Positions 50,860 to 64,000 of a DNA stretch of 64,000 bases are shown in pieces. The stretch lies in contig CM022665.1 in the NCBI GenBank assembly GCA_012295275.1, positions 18,476,001 through 18,540,000 on the forward strand. Direction: 5' to 3'. The first letter of the stretch is position 1. The number at the start of each line of letters is the position of its first letter. The position numbers and the translations under genes were made by a program. Under the pieces are notes generated by a model, which was given only the letters and a program-made list of their open reading frames with translations, had not been told where the DNA came from and made no database searches. The DNA comes from Chrysomallon squamiferum (Eukaryota > Animalia > Mollusca).

Positions 50860-51790
50860 AAAGAGTGCCCAGTGTTCAAAATAATTCTTCTAAATTTAGA
50901 AGAGATGAGATGTGAAAAAGATTCTTGTTTACACTTTAAAATTGTTTTTTTTAAAACAAAACAAACAAAAAAATAGCTTGAACACATATATTTCTGTGAA
51001 ACTTGAACCCATTTATCTGTAATTAAACTTTGAATATTTAAGAGAGTGGAGAAAATACTGACCATTTAAAAAAAGGACTTCTCTAAATCAAAAAGTGTAA
51101 GATGTGAAAAAGATTCTTATTTACAGTTAAAAGAACAACAAACCAAAAAAAAAAAGAAGAAAGAAAAAAATCATAAATCTTGGACACATGATCTGTGAAA
51201 CATAGACCAACAGATCTGAAATCAAATTTTAAATATTTATTATCAAGAGAGTTAAGCAATACTATCTAGTGTAAAAATAACTCTTCTAAATCAAGAAGTA
51301 TGTTATGTGAAACAGATTGTTGTTTACTCTGAAAAATATTTTTAAAAATTAAAAAAAAAGAGATAAATAAACAAATAAAAATAAAAAATAAATCTGTTAA
51401 CTTGGGCATATATTTGTGTGAAACCTAGACACTTTGATCTGAAATCAAATTTCTTATATTTATTATCAAGAGAGTGAAGAAATACTGGCCACTTAAATCA
51501 ATAAGTATGAGATGTGAAATAGATTCTTGTTTACCCTAAAAAAGTTATACATCTTGAACACATATATTTCTGTGGAATATAAACCCATTTATCATAAATC
51601 AAATTTTGAATATTTATTAACAAGCACTGATGTATTTTATGCTGTTCTATACATTCAAAAAAAACAAAAAAAACAAAAAAAACAACAACAAACAAATGCT
51701 ACATCTTGGACACCTATATTTCTGTAAAATATAGTTCACTTTATCTGAAACCAAATTCCGAATATTTATTATCAAACTGAAGTATTTTAT
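50860..51790. repeat. ~170-210-bp degenerate tandem repeat (4-5 copies)
   Basis: Recurrent tctaaatcaa..gatgtgaaaaagattcttgtttac..cttgaacacata..tgtgaaac..atctgaaatcaaat. Confidence 0.75.
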
Positions 51791-52827
51791 GCTGTTCTTG
51801 AATCTTGAAGTTTAAGTAAATAAAAATAATTGCATTTTATTATCCACTTAAGACTTCTGACAAATTATTATTGTCCATTTGTAGCAAATAATTTTTCTTC
51901 TTTTTATCATTTATCTTCATCTTCTTGTACTCCTTTTTATCTTTTTTCTTCTTGTTGTTAATGTTTGTGTTATTTCTTGTAACGAATGATTAAAAAATGA
52001 AGATAGTAATAAAATTTTATTAATTTTGGTTATCTGTTAGTGTTCTTATGTCTGTCTGTCTGTCAGTGATCAAATAAATAAAAGTATTAAAGATGAAAAG
52101 GGATAAATTATACTGGTCTTTATTTAGATGTTATTTTTTTTTTAAAGAAGGATTTAAGTAATGTTTGATATATTTACTTTTTAATTATGATTTTTACAAA
52201 AGAGTCTTTTTCTTCCTTTGATCATAGTTAATACATGAAGACATATAAAATGGAATAAAACAGGATTTTAAAAATATTATTTATTTTTTAATCAAATATC
52301 AAACACACACATGCACACACATTCACATATTTACAAATATTTTTATGTGTTGGTGTGTCTGTGTATATGTGTCTTCCAAAACCCCCCAAAATCCTTCCTC
52401 ACCAAACAAATTCTAAAGAAACAACAACAAATCTAACAGTATATCACAAACAACAAAAATGTATATATGATAAAGTTACACTGATGACAAAAAACTAAAT
52501 GAATGCTAAATAATAATAACAATAAGAAAAGAAAAGAAAAAATGAAGCAACAAACCACTAAAAAAACATTGACATTTAATTTTCTGAACAATTAATATTT
52601 AATTTTTCCTTCTGATATTAATTTTAACTAGACATTTTAAAAATGATATATAAATGCTAATATCTATTATTTATATATTCACTCTGGTTGTTATTTTTGC
52701 AGAAAATTTGATATATTGCCAGATACGGTCTGTAATTATCATATTGAATATCTCAAATGAAACTTGACACATTATGATGTGCAGATAGAGTAACTCAGTG
52801 TGTGTGTGTGTGTGTGTGTGTGACAAC

Positions 52828-53320
52828 AGCTTACAGTGATTTTTTCATTTTTTTTCATTTTTGATTTAAAAAAACATATATATAAAAAAAAATTTTATTG
52901 TTATTGTTATTGTTGTTGTTGTTGTTATTATTATTATTATTGCTATAACTGTATTGTAATTACTTTTATTATTATAGTCATTATTATTATTATTATTTTA
53001 TTTAATCTTGAAACATAATTTTAAAAAAAAAGCAATTCCTAATTTAATTTTTTCAGCTTACAGTGTTTGTTTTGATTTGAAAAAAAAAGCAACAAAACAT
53101 TTATTTAATACTTAAATTGTTATTACTGTTGCTGTTATTGTTGTTGTTTTTATTACTTTTATTATTTTTATTATTATTATTACTACTATATTGTAACTAC
53201 TTTTATTATTATTGTCATTATCATCATCATCATTATTATTATTATTATTATTTAATTCAATCTTAAAACATAATTTTAAAGAAAGCAGTTCCTAATTTAA
53301 TTTTTACACCTTACAGTGTT
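52828..53320. repeat. Direct tandem duplication (~230-260 bp, 2 copies plus a partial)
   Basis: cagcttacagtg...tattgtaa.tactttt...aatctt.aaacataattttaaa..aagca.ttcctaatttaattttt repeated. Confidence 0.7.
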
Positions 53321-53999
53321 TCAATTTTGTTATGTTTTTTTTTTTTTTTTTTTTTTAAAAACAATATTCACTTAAAAATCCTTTTAAAAATTTAAAAATT
53401 TTCACAAATGTCTTCTTTTTTTATATAATATAAAATAAATAAATGAATGATTTTGAATACTAACCTTGAAATATGAATAATTTATTTTTGAAAACAACAA
53501 ACACTTATTTAATGTGATAGCTTCTTGGTTTGTTTTCAGTTTTTATAACAAAAAGTATTTTAATATTTTTTCTTTAAAATGAGCAAAAAATTGGTAGTTA
53601 GTGGTAAATAAATGAAATAAAAAAAATAAATGAAATAAAATGTAATAAAACAAAACAAAATAAAATGAATTTAAAATAAAATGAAATTTAATAAAATAAA
53701 ATAAAATAAATTTATCACAGGTATTATGTTACATTCATTGAAAAAGCATAGTAGATATAAATCCAACTGTCAGAAATAATGAGTTATTATTTTTTATATT
53801 TTACTCTAGAAATGAATAAATAATACATATCTACTCCATTAATGATTTTATTTTATCCTATGTCATCTTTGGTGGTTTGCTATTTGCTAAAAGTTGACAG
53901 AAATGAAGAGAAAAAGAATCACATTATCTCAAACCATCTTCAGGTTGTATAGTTAACTCAAGCTAACAAATATCTGCATAATCATAACTTATAGAAGTT

Positions 54000-54580
54000 T
54001 AGTGTTGTTTAGAAAATTGTGGATATGTGCTTTGTTGAATGATCCTTGTTATCAAACATTTATTTATAAACTGTATGTTTGGTAGTGTTGTTTAGAAATA
54101 TGTAAATGTGTTTTAATATATAGCTTCACCATCAAACATTTGTTTGCAAACAGTAAGTTTGGTAGTGTTCAGAAATATGTAAATGTATTTTAATGTACAG
54201 ACTTTACTATCAAACATTTGTTTGCTAACTATATGTGTTGTTTAGAAATATGGAAATGTATTTTAATATATAATTTTGGCTATCAGATATTTGTTTGCAA
54301 ACATGGAGATATGTTTAAGTACATGGTCTTTACAGTCAAACATTTGTTTGCTAATTGTATGTTTGGTAAATTTGTTTAGAAATGTGGGATTATGTTTCAG
54401 TGTAGTCTTTACTATCAAATGGTATGTGTGGACTTGTTTGCAGACAAAAGTTTGATGGTGTAGTCAGGGCTTAAGGCGTTTTAGAAATATGGAAATATAT
54501 TTTGTTTGCGAGCTGTATGTTTGGTCTTGTTTACAAACAGAAGTTTGATGAAGTAGTCAGGGTTTAAGATTATTTTAGAC
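54000..54580. repeat. ~80-bp degenerate tandem repeat
   Basis: Recurrent tgtttagaaatatg.aaatgt.ttt..atcaaacatttgtttgc..tatgtttgg. Confidence 0.72.
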
Positions 54581-55129
54581 AAAACTTAGCTTTTCTTGTA
54601 ATTGACCCAAGAGCAGCTGTTTCAGATCAATACGAACATTTGATTCTCCGATATTGACATGCAAAACAGGAGCTGTCTTTTGTCTGAATATCAGCTGGTG
54701 AAACTCAAGTACAATGCTTGTGGGCGAGTGCTAGGATTAGCTAGTAAAGTGTATACATTGCCTTGTTGTGATACTGATGCTGATGCAGAAACAGGGAGTA
54801 AAACTAATTTCAGTTTTAGGTAAAAAAAAAAATTAATGTTAAGAACAGTCATGTTTTTGTTGGGCATTGCTGTGAAATTTTAGACAAGATTTGAAAAAAA
54901 CTAAATAACAAACATTTATTTAGTACTTATTTGTTGTTGATGTTGTTACTGTTATTATTATCTTTATCATTACTATTATTGTTATTATTAGCATTATTAT
55001 TATTATTATTATTTGATCTCAAAACATATTTTTTAAAACAGTAATTCCTGATGTAATTTAAAAATGTCTTTATTTACCTGTAATAATTTTATTATTATTA
55101 TTATTAATAATGAATTACACAGTAGATGC

Positions 55130-55660
55130 ATATTTAGATTATCAAGAATTTATGTAACTTTTATCTTTTCCTTATTAGTAGCTTTTGATTAAGAAAAAAA
55201 AAATATATAAAAATAAAAAATAAAATAAATAAATATAAAGAGTTAACATTAATATGTATAATTTTTGTTTTCTTTACCATTATCTTTTTGGTAAAGAAAA
55301 GAAAAAAAACAACAATTAAATAAATGAATATAAAGATTTAACAGGATTTATATAATTTTTATGTTTTCTTTATCAGCAGCTTTTTGATAAAGAAATAACA
55401 AAGAAATAAATGAAAATGAAGATATTTATTTATTGTTAACAAAAATTTATGTAACTGTTATGTTTTTCTTATCAGTATCATTTAGATAAAGAAAAAACCC
55501 AAACAAACAAAAAAAACCCAATAAATAAATTAATATAGAGATTTTTATTTATTGTTAACAGGAATTTATGTCAATATTATGTTTCCCTTATCAGTAGCTT
55601 TTTGAGAATGAAAAAAAAACAATAAATAAATTAATATAAATATTTTTATTTATTGTATAA
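55130..55660. repeat. ~110-bp degenerate tandem repeat
   Basis: Recurrent aacaggaatttatgtaa...ttatcagtagctttttgataaagaaa. Confidence 0.65.
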
Positions 55661-58526
55661 ACATGTTATTTTTAATGACTGGCTTCGCTTCCTTTAAGTT
55701 TATTGATTAAGAAGGAAGCATTCTACAATTCATTTTTCAATTTACAAGTATGAGCTTTTAATTTGTTCTCCGGGTGTGCTGGCCTCACTTATCATATTAG
55801 AATGCTGATATGAGAGACAGCCTCCTTTAATGCTAAATGTTGCAATAATCACATTTAAGCAAGCCATCGTTAGAATCCCTGGGGGTGGCTATTGATGATT
55901 TAATGCCATTCATCAAACTGGCAGTTTCCACGGTTTCCAGGCATCCAAGGTGTTACCAGGAGACACAAGATTTCTGCCTATATCTATTTTCTTCTGTGAG
56001 GCAAATTTTATCACAGATAAAGTAATCAAGAAGATGTAGATATGGGGTTTTTTAAAAACTGTAATTGGAGGTGCAATAATGTAAAAAAGACAGGTGATAT
56101 TTCTTCTTTTTCTTTTACAGTTAAAAAGGTTACCATGGTAAAAACGAATACAGCAGATCTCTGTGCTATATTGAGCTGGGTTCTAGATGTCAGGTCAGAG
56201 ATGGTGAAATAATCTGCAGCAGACAGTGAAAGCAGTTCTCTAGATCTCTAACAGTTTAGAAAAGAAGAACAACAAGAAAGAAAAGAACATAAATAAAGAT
56301 GAAAAGATGCTGTATTTCGTATAAGTGCATATTTTTCGTTTATCAATGGATGTATTGTTTACCTGGAATAAAATTTCTTTGGATGTAATGGATAACATGT
56401 ATCATTCACCTGTGGTAAGTACAATAAACCTTTGTTTGTCCTTTATTAAAACTGAATTAACTGTTCATTGGATATATATCATTTTATCTGTTTAGTCATA
56501 TTTTTATTCAGTCTCATATGCATTTTATACTTCACTGTTAATGATCTCTGCCTATCTTCATATCTGTGTTTATTTATACATGCAATTAACAAGTGTATTA
56601 AAATGTATTAATATTTACCTCTAATTATTTTAATCATTTATGTGTTCATTTATGTCTCTATGCAATGTATCATGTATATGTATATTGCATGTATACTAGT
56701 ATGTATGTATGTATATATAAGAATGTATGTATGTATGTATATATAAGTATGTATGCATGTATGTATGTATATGTGTATGTGTATGTTTTTATATCTATTT
56801 GTGAAAGTGTGAATATGTATGTGTGTGTGTGTATCTGTTTGTGTTGAATTAAGTATGTATGCATGTATGTATATCTGAAAATATGTATCTATGTATGCAC
56901 ACACACACACACTGTGTGTATTCCTGCTTCCAAATATATATTGTTGTTTCATTTGTCTGTTTAGTGCTAGCCTGGTATCATTTAAAAGGGTTATTTTTAA
57001 TTTTTTTTTTTTTTTTAATGGTGCAGTAAGCACTTTTCTTTGCCACAAGCCCAAAGAAACAGGTAAAATGTCTGGTTTTTGTATCATGTATACCAATTAA
57101 TGGGTATATGAAGTTTTTGTTATAGAAATTCTGATAATCAAAATGATTGCAGATTATTGCTGGTGACTTTTTAAAATTGCTAATTTGTCAGTTATGGATA
57201 ATGTCTGTTGTCTTCACCAATTAGAAGAAAGAAAATAAATAAATAAATAAATAAATAAATTGATAAAAATGATGGTAGTAATTTATTAAATGATAGATCT
57301 TCTGGTTTCCATGTTCAGAACACAGTTATTTTTATATCTTTTCAGTGACAGATTATCTGTTTTCCATGTTCAGAACACAATATATGAAGCTAGACTTACA
57401 AGCATCTTTTTATAATAAAACCATGAGAGAAAAAACTTAATGACAAAGTCTAAAACAAGATCTGTTTGTCTGAAATAATGTTGTGTTTATCATCATCTGA
57501 CAGACACATCTACATTGTCAACATTGTCGCGACATGCACTGTCATCTTTTAACATTGAAAGACATTTATCTCAATTTACGAAATGAAATGTTAAAAAGCT
57601 TTCTATTTCCTCACACAACACTGGTTAAATCAGTGGTCAGTGCAAGAATTAGACATTTACTTTATAAAATTGACTTCTTTTTTCTATGCCAGGAAATTGA
57701 ATTTCCACTTTCATCCTATTTTACTTAGATGTTATTGACTTTGTTGTAATTCTTCAACTTAGAACTTTTCACTGTTGAGTTCTTTTGACTCGAAATATCA
57801 GTTTCCTTTAAGAAGTAAAAAAGTGAGAAATTATTTTTTTTGTTTTTCTTTTCAAAAATCAATATTTGGCTATTTTATTTCCAGATCAGAGAAAAATATC
57901 TTGGTATTCATGTAACCAGTAATGGCAGAAATCACATTTTCTCCTCCCCCACCCCATATGCAACTTTAATATAACAGACCCAAAGCAAATGTGCAAACAT
58001 TTTTTTACACAAATGTCATTATTATGCAAACTAATAAATAATTAAAGGCCTTTTTCACTTCTTCTTCTTATTATTCTTTTATTTTTCTCTCATTAAACAA
58101 ACTCAGTTATTCAGACTGAAAATATGTTGTAATATTTCAAATAATATAAATACCTTTAAAAATATTGCTTCCATTACATTTTGTAGTAATAATTTTTGCA
58201 TGAAATTTTGTAGTAATGTTTCACTTACCTGAAAAATATGTGAATTACTATTTATTTATTATTATTATTGTATTTATTAATGTTATTATTATTATGATTG
58301 TCATCATTACTGTTGTTACTATTATTATATTATTATCAATAAATGAAGAAATATATTTATATCTATCTATCTGTCTATCTCTCTCTGTCTTTTTGTTTGT
58401 CTCTCTGTCTGTCTATTTATCTCTATCTATCTGGGGCTGCTTACCTATTGTTCTGTTTCTCTCTGTTTCACTCTCTCTCGCTCTGTTTCTCTCTCTCTCT
58501 GTCTCTCTCCCTCCCTCCCCCCCCCC

Positions 58527-58571
<45 letters not shown>

Positions 58572-59167
58572 TTTCTCTCTCTCTCTTTTTTTCTCTCTCT
58601 CTCTCTGTATAAATTATGCTAAATAAAGTAACAAAAGTGTGCTTGCTGTTTAATTAAATCTAGTAATAATCAGATGAAATTAAAACTTATTGCCTGTACA
58701 CATAAATACATCTGCAGGTGAATGAACATACACTTTAATTACACTTAATTTGGTCTGCTAAATACTTACGAGATCAAAACAGTTTAGAAATAGAATGACC
58801 AATGGCCTGAGGAATTAAGCATTAATTTCCTTGAATCCTACAAACTCTACATAAAAATTTGTGACACCAGCATGTGAAAATCAATACATCTACTCTAAAT
58901 GGCTGGAACCAGTGTATTTTCACTGAGTTGGAATTTCTCAGTCCATTATGTTTCGGTGGCAGTATGGACCCATTACTGCACAATGGCAGAGTCTGCTCTT
59001 GTAACTTCAGCTTTCATTCTCTGTGTTCATGTGTGTAAATTGTTTGAATGTAGATGCAAGCAGGTCTGAAATTCTTCCAGTATTGGTTTAATTTCTAAAA
59101 TTGATGGCTTTTGTAGAGTGATGCTGTCAACGCAATACAAGTCTTTGTGCTGTTTTCTTGAAAGCTG

Positions 59168-59520
59168 AATCAGGTAAATTTTTAAAATGAACAAACCAAC
59201 AGTAATAATAATACTTGGAAATATATTGTATGTATGATACTGTAAAACAAGTATTTTTTGTTTACATTATGTTAAAACAGTTAAATTTCTAAATAGTGAA
59301 ACAACAGTAATACTTTGAAATATTTTGTATGTCTGATATTGTGTTACAAGTTAAACCAGGTAAATTTATTAAAAAAATCCCTATCAAAAAAACAATAATA
59401 ATACTTTGAAATATATTGTTTGTATGATATTGTATTACATATCTTTTTTGTTTTTTTCAAAGCTAAACTAGGTAAATTTCTAAAACAACGACAACAACAA
59501 TAATACTTTGAAATATCTTA
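59168..59520. repeat. ~80-110-bp degenerate tandem repeat (4 copies)
   Basis: Recurrent caggtaaattt..aataatactttgaaatat.ttgtatgtatgata.tgt. Confidence 0.7.
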
Positions 59521-61169
59521 CACACACACACACCCACACACACACATAAATTATATTGGTTGTAAATAATTAATAATTGAAGACAAACTGAAGGATATTA
59601 ATAATTTTATATTTAGGTATGATTTAATTTAGATATGTATACAGTGCCACATTCACTATACAAAATATTACACATAGAAAGAAAAAAATTATTGTAATGC
59701 AGCATATGACAGCTGTCACACACACATATACAGATGCATTCAGTAAGTAAGTTAACTGTTTTATCACTAAACCTGTGGCTGCAAACTTGTGAACAGCCAC
59801 ACATTACATAGGGTAAATAAGAAAAGAGGGTTTATGAATACAAAGTATGAATATGTCATACTTGACAAATGTATTTTGAAACTAATTAAAGAGTTATATT
59901 GATAGTGTATATGATTTATGAAGTTAGTTAGGTGTACATTCTGAAATATTTCATTCTTTTTCTGTTCAAAGACACACATATACAAATACATGCATATACA
60001 TCCAAATACAAACACACAAACATACATACATACATACACAGGCAGTCAGACCCACCCACTCAATACATACACTGACACAACACAACATACATATACACAT
60101 GCACGCGCACACACACGCACACACACACACACACACCTACATATATACAACCAAACACACAAATATTTACTAAATCAGACATTTTTATTAATGAAACAGA
60201 TAATTTAAAAATAGTTATAAGACACACCAGTTTATTTGTATTGTATTTCTAATGGGCAGAATAATAGTATTCATTGACTCTGTTGATCTTGTCTCCATCT
60301 CTGTTGAATATTTAATCAAAATATTGTGAATTAGCTTAATCAGTGTAGGATTTAATTTGGTTTTTATTTGTGTGAATTTCTTGTACAAATGCAGTAGACA
60401 CGATACATTTTTATTAATTACAGAATTATTGAAACATCACTGGATTGGTTATGTTGAAAACCATTGAAATGGTAATATGTGTGTTGTGTTTGTGTGTGTA
60501 TGTGTGTGTAAGAGATCTCTGAATTTTAATATGCATTATTCACATATATATATATATTTACTTATTTATTTATTTTTACATATGTATAGATTTCTATTTT
60601 CTGTCTTTTTATTTTTTTATTTCTGAAAAACAAAAAGTAAATAATAGGCATGTTTTAAAAGACATGCCTCCAGCATGGTGACTGTTTTGTGTTTTGATTG
60701 AACTAACATCTAACAATAATTTTATCTTTAATCACTGCATTACAATGGCAGCCAGTGAGATGTGGATGGGCTCAGGAGTTTGATGTCCACCTTTCATCAC
60801 TGGTTTTATCTTGGCAGCCTTACAGAAGAACAGTAGCATCATGAAACAGTGGCAATCTTACAAAAACAGAACAGTGGCAGTTTACTGAAACTCTTCTTGC
60901 TGTTACAAAACATTTAAAAAAAAAACCCCCAAAAAACAACATTCTTTAGTGTTTGTAATGTCAAGATCTTGCTAAGAAGTCATTCATTTGTAAAATGTCT
61001 GTCCTTATGTACAAGAAACAAAAACATATTCAAAGATTGTTTTCAGGTTATTCATTGTTGTTATTATAAAAAGCACTTTTCTATTGTATCTCTTCATAAA
61101 AATATTTCACCAAAACACTGTTATATTTAGTTCCCATTTTGGGTTAGTTGGGATTAGCACTAATTATTA

Positions 61170-61775
61170 TATTGGAATATATATTATCTGTTAAATGTGT
61201 CCAGTAATAGCATCATGCATGAGCCAGAAATTTGATCATGTAACATTTATATTTTATTTAATTTTATATACAGTACAACTACACTATGGTAAAGTGATTA
61301 ATAATTTGCCCACATGTTCAGAACAAAGCAGGGCAAAGCCATCCATATGTACTAATTTATAATAAAAATTTTCTTAAAGATTATTGGAATAAATATGTCC
61401 AACAGAATGCATCCTGTATGAAGTGGTAAAATATGTTTGCTGTAAAATGTATCCATCCATAGGCACAAATTAGAAACCTAATCCCAACCAGTATCAGTTG
61501 GTACATCAAAGTTTTTGGTATGTCAAGATCACATGTCAATTTAATTTTATTTTAGTTTCTTTTTTATAAAGTACATCTATTTATGGTAAAGTGATTAATA
61601 TTTTGATTATAACTTCAGAACTAAGTAGGGCAAGACCATCCATATGTATTAATTATTCTTTTTTTTCCCCCTTTCCTTAAAAGATATTGGAATTAATATG
61701 ACCTGCAATATGCATCATGCAAAAACACAAATTAGAAACAGAATCTCAGCCAGTATCAATTGGTACATCAAAATC
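61170..61775. repeat. ~300-bp direct duplication
   Basis: tatggtaaagtgattaata..ttcagaac..gggcaa..ccatccatatgta..cacaaattagaaac..ccagtatca.ttggtacatcaaa occurs twice. Confidence 0.72.
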
Positions 61776-62033
61776 TTTCATAAGTAGTCTCTTCTTTGTA
61801 GGAAAGTGCACTGGTATGATCCCTTTCTATTAATGCAGGAATATAATGGATTTCCTTTCAACACAGTGTCTTCTGTCAGAAATAACAAATGTAATTATAG
61901 AAAATTAATTATTATACTGCAGTGCTCCTGTTAACCAAATTTTGTTTTGTTGATGTTCATCAGTTGACAGTACAGAATTATTAGTTTGGAGAATTTTATT
62001 TCTTATTTTTCTCTATTTATCAATCTTCATCAG

Positions 62034-62131
62034 GTTGTCCTCTTCGTGGTGTTGCCAGGTCAAGAATTGACTTGTTTGTTGGAGTTTCTGGGTGGTGCTG
62101 TATAGATCATTTCTGTGTGTTAATGGTGTAG
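62034..62131 (+). other. Candidate non-coding exon
   Basis: Long pyrimidine tract ending tcttcatcag|, donor TAG|GTAAGA, stops in all frames. Confidence 0.35.
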
Positions 62132-62499
62132 GTAAGAGTTGTTTTCAATGTGATGTTAGGATGGGACTGTGTAGGAGGATGTTTTCTATGGTTTCAGTTG
62201 TAAAAATTTAGTTCAGATAAATGAGGGTAAATAGAGATAAATAAGATGTCAGAATAATAAGTCAGGATCACAGAGCATTTATTTTTTTTTTTTTAGTTTT
62301 TCTTATTAAAAAAGGGGAAATTTGTCTTTACCAATTCAAATTTCAAAACTTGTGCAAGATAAAAGCTTTTCCTTGCAAGATACAAGCTTTTTACCTTTCT
62401 TAAATATTGTACTTTGCCAGAAATGAGCAATTAAAAAACAAATTGTTTGTAAATAACACTTTTCTTATCTTTCATTCTTATAACATGCAGAGCCAAAAT

Positions 62500-62870
62500 G
62501 ATTAGAGGTGATTTTGAAGCAAATGGTTTAGACAGCATAACCTTTTAAATGATATAAGTGAAAAAAAAACCACATTTCTTATTCTCCTTATTTTTAGAGA
62601 TATAGTACATGTTATTTAATTATGCAGTGTTTTGTTTTGAGTGTTTTTAGTTATGTTAATTTGTGGTTGAGGGGAAATTGGCAAAGGAGCAAGGTTAAAG
62701 CAAATGGTTTTGTTTTAATAGAGTAACCTTTTAAATGACACAAGAAAAAAATTGGATAATTAATTTCTTATTCTTCTTATTTTTTGAGATATAGTACATA
62801 TTATTTAATTTATTTTGAGTATGTTTTTAGTTACATTAATTTGTGGCTGAGGGAAATTTGGCAAGGAAAC
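62500..62870. repeat. ~190-bp direct duplication
   Basis: agcaaatggtt..taaccttttaaatga..tttcttattct..gagatatagtacat.ttatttaatt..aatttgtgg.tgaggg occurs twice. Confidence 0.7.
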
Positions 62871-62979
62871 ACACTTGTAACTCGTTTATTTAAAAATGGT
62901 TAGCTTGATTTATTTATGGAAGTTAATTCAATTATTATTGGGATATTCTTTTGTTCAGTCTGTTCTGGTGCCAGTGAAA

Positions 62980-63474
62980 TGGGAAAACAGGTGATAAAAT
63001 AAATCATAAATAGATAGCTTTCATGATTATTTCAAAAAATCACTGGAATGGATCACTTTTACATATTACTTTAGGAGTTGTGTCTGATGTTTTTTTTTGT
63101 GTTTTTTTGGTGGGGTTGTTTTATTTTATTTATTTTATATTTTTTTTATTTTTAGCTTCTAATCTTATGCCATCTCCTAACTTACAGAAGATCGATTTAA
63201 CATATAAATTTGCTAAATGTTTAAATTTAATTAAAGGAATATGTCAAACTGACTTTCCTAATGCTAACCAGTATGAAAAACATGCACTGCCATATGTCAT
63301 GTGTAAAATAGGAAAACAGGTGATAAAATAAATCATAAATAGATAGTTTTCAAGATTATTTCACAAAATCACTGGAATGGATCTCTGTTACATATTATTT
63401 TAGGAGTTTGTGTCTTTTTTTTGTTTTTTTTTTTTGTCGAACTTCTTTCTTTCTTTCTTTCTTTTCTTTTTTCC

Positions 63475-63509
<35 letters not shown>

Positions 63510-64000
63510 TTATGATTATTATTATCATTATTTATTTATTTATTTATTTATTATGATTATTATTTTTTTTTTTTTTGGGGAATAAAAATTTTAATTTTTC
63601 GCTTCCAGTCTTGTGCCTTATCCTAGCTTACAGAAGATGAATTTAACATATAAATTAGCTAAATGTATTCATTTAACAAAGGAATAAGTTTAACTGACTT
63701 GCACTGCCATATGTCTATTAAGAATATCAAAAAAATTATAAAACAAACCATAAATAGATAGTTTTTGTGATTATTTTACAAAATCACTTGGATGGATCTT
63801 CTATTACATATTACTGTAGGAGTTGTGTCTTTTTCTCTTTTTTTTGGAGGGAGTGCTGGTGTTTTATTCTTTTCTTCTTTTTTTTTGTACTATTAATTGT
63901 TTATGTTTTATCTTTTAATCCTATGCCATCTCCTAGCTTACAGAAGATGTATTTAACATATAAATTTGCTAAATGTTTAAATTTAAATAAAGGAATATGT
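62980..64000. repeat. ~330-420-bp tandem triplication (runs off the window end)
   Basis: ataaatagatag..aaaatcactggaatggatc..taggagttgtgtct..cttacagaagat..atttaacatataaatt.gctaaatgt repeated three times. Confidence 0.82.

Noticed and set aside
56650-60208. ORFs rich in HT/YI/SL/CV dipeptides
   Set aside because: They are translations of (CA)n, (TATG)n and (CT)n microsatellites.

Overview
This is very AT-rich, microsatellite-dense, intron-rich animal DNA. The composition and protein divergence suggest an invertebrate, probably a mollusc or other lophotrochozoan (inference). Two protein-coding genes can be built by hand with GT-AG introns and consistent phases. The first is the last four coding exons of ATE1 (arginyl-tRNA--protein transferase; + strand, 3427-6457). 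The second is a complete IBTK (inhibitor of Bruton tyrosine kinase; ankyrin-RCC1-BTB/BTB; - strand, 25 coding exons, 31291-11377, about 1309 aa), convergent with ATE1. A CpG-containing promoter zone at about 32.3-33.1 kb is followed by candidate non-coding + strand exons of a divergent transcript and about 30 kb with no recognisable coding exon. The most notable signal is in the IBTK 5' leader: three tiny uORFs and a perfect 9-bp hairpin exactly 11 nt after the stop of uORF MAAL*. This matches the uORF/stem-loop layout described for stress (eIF2-alpha-P) translational control of mammalian IBTK-alpha. Other points: two Tigger4/MER46-like MITEs, a 21-bp minisatellite that seems to have grown inside a decayed pogo-like transposase, duplicated splice-acceptor/exon-start copies in IBTK introns, and many local tandem duplications. 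Most ORFs in the supplied track are repeat artefacts.
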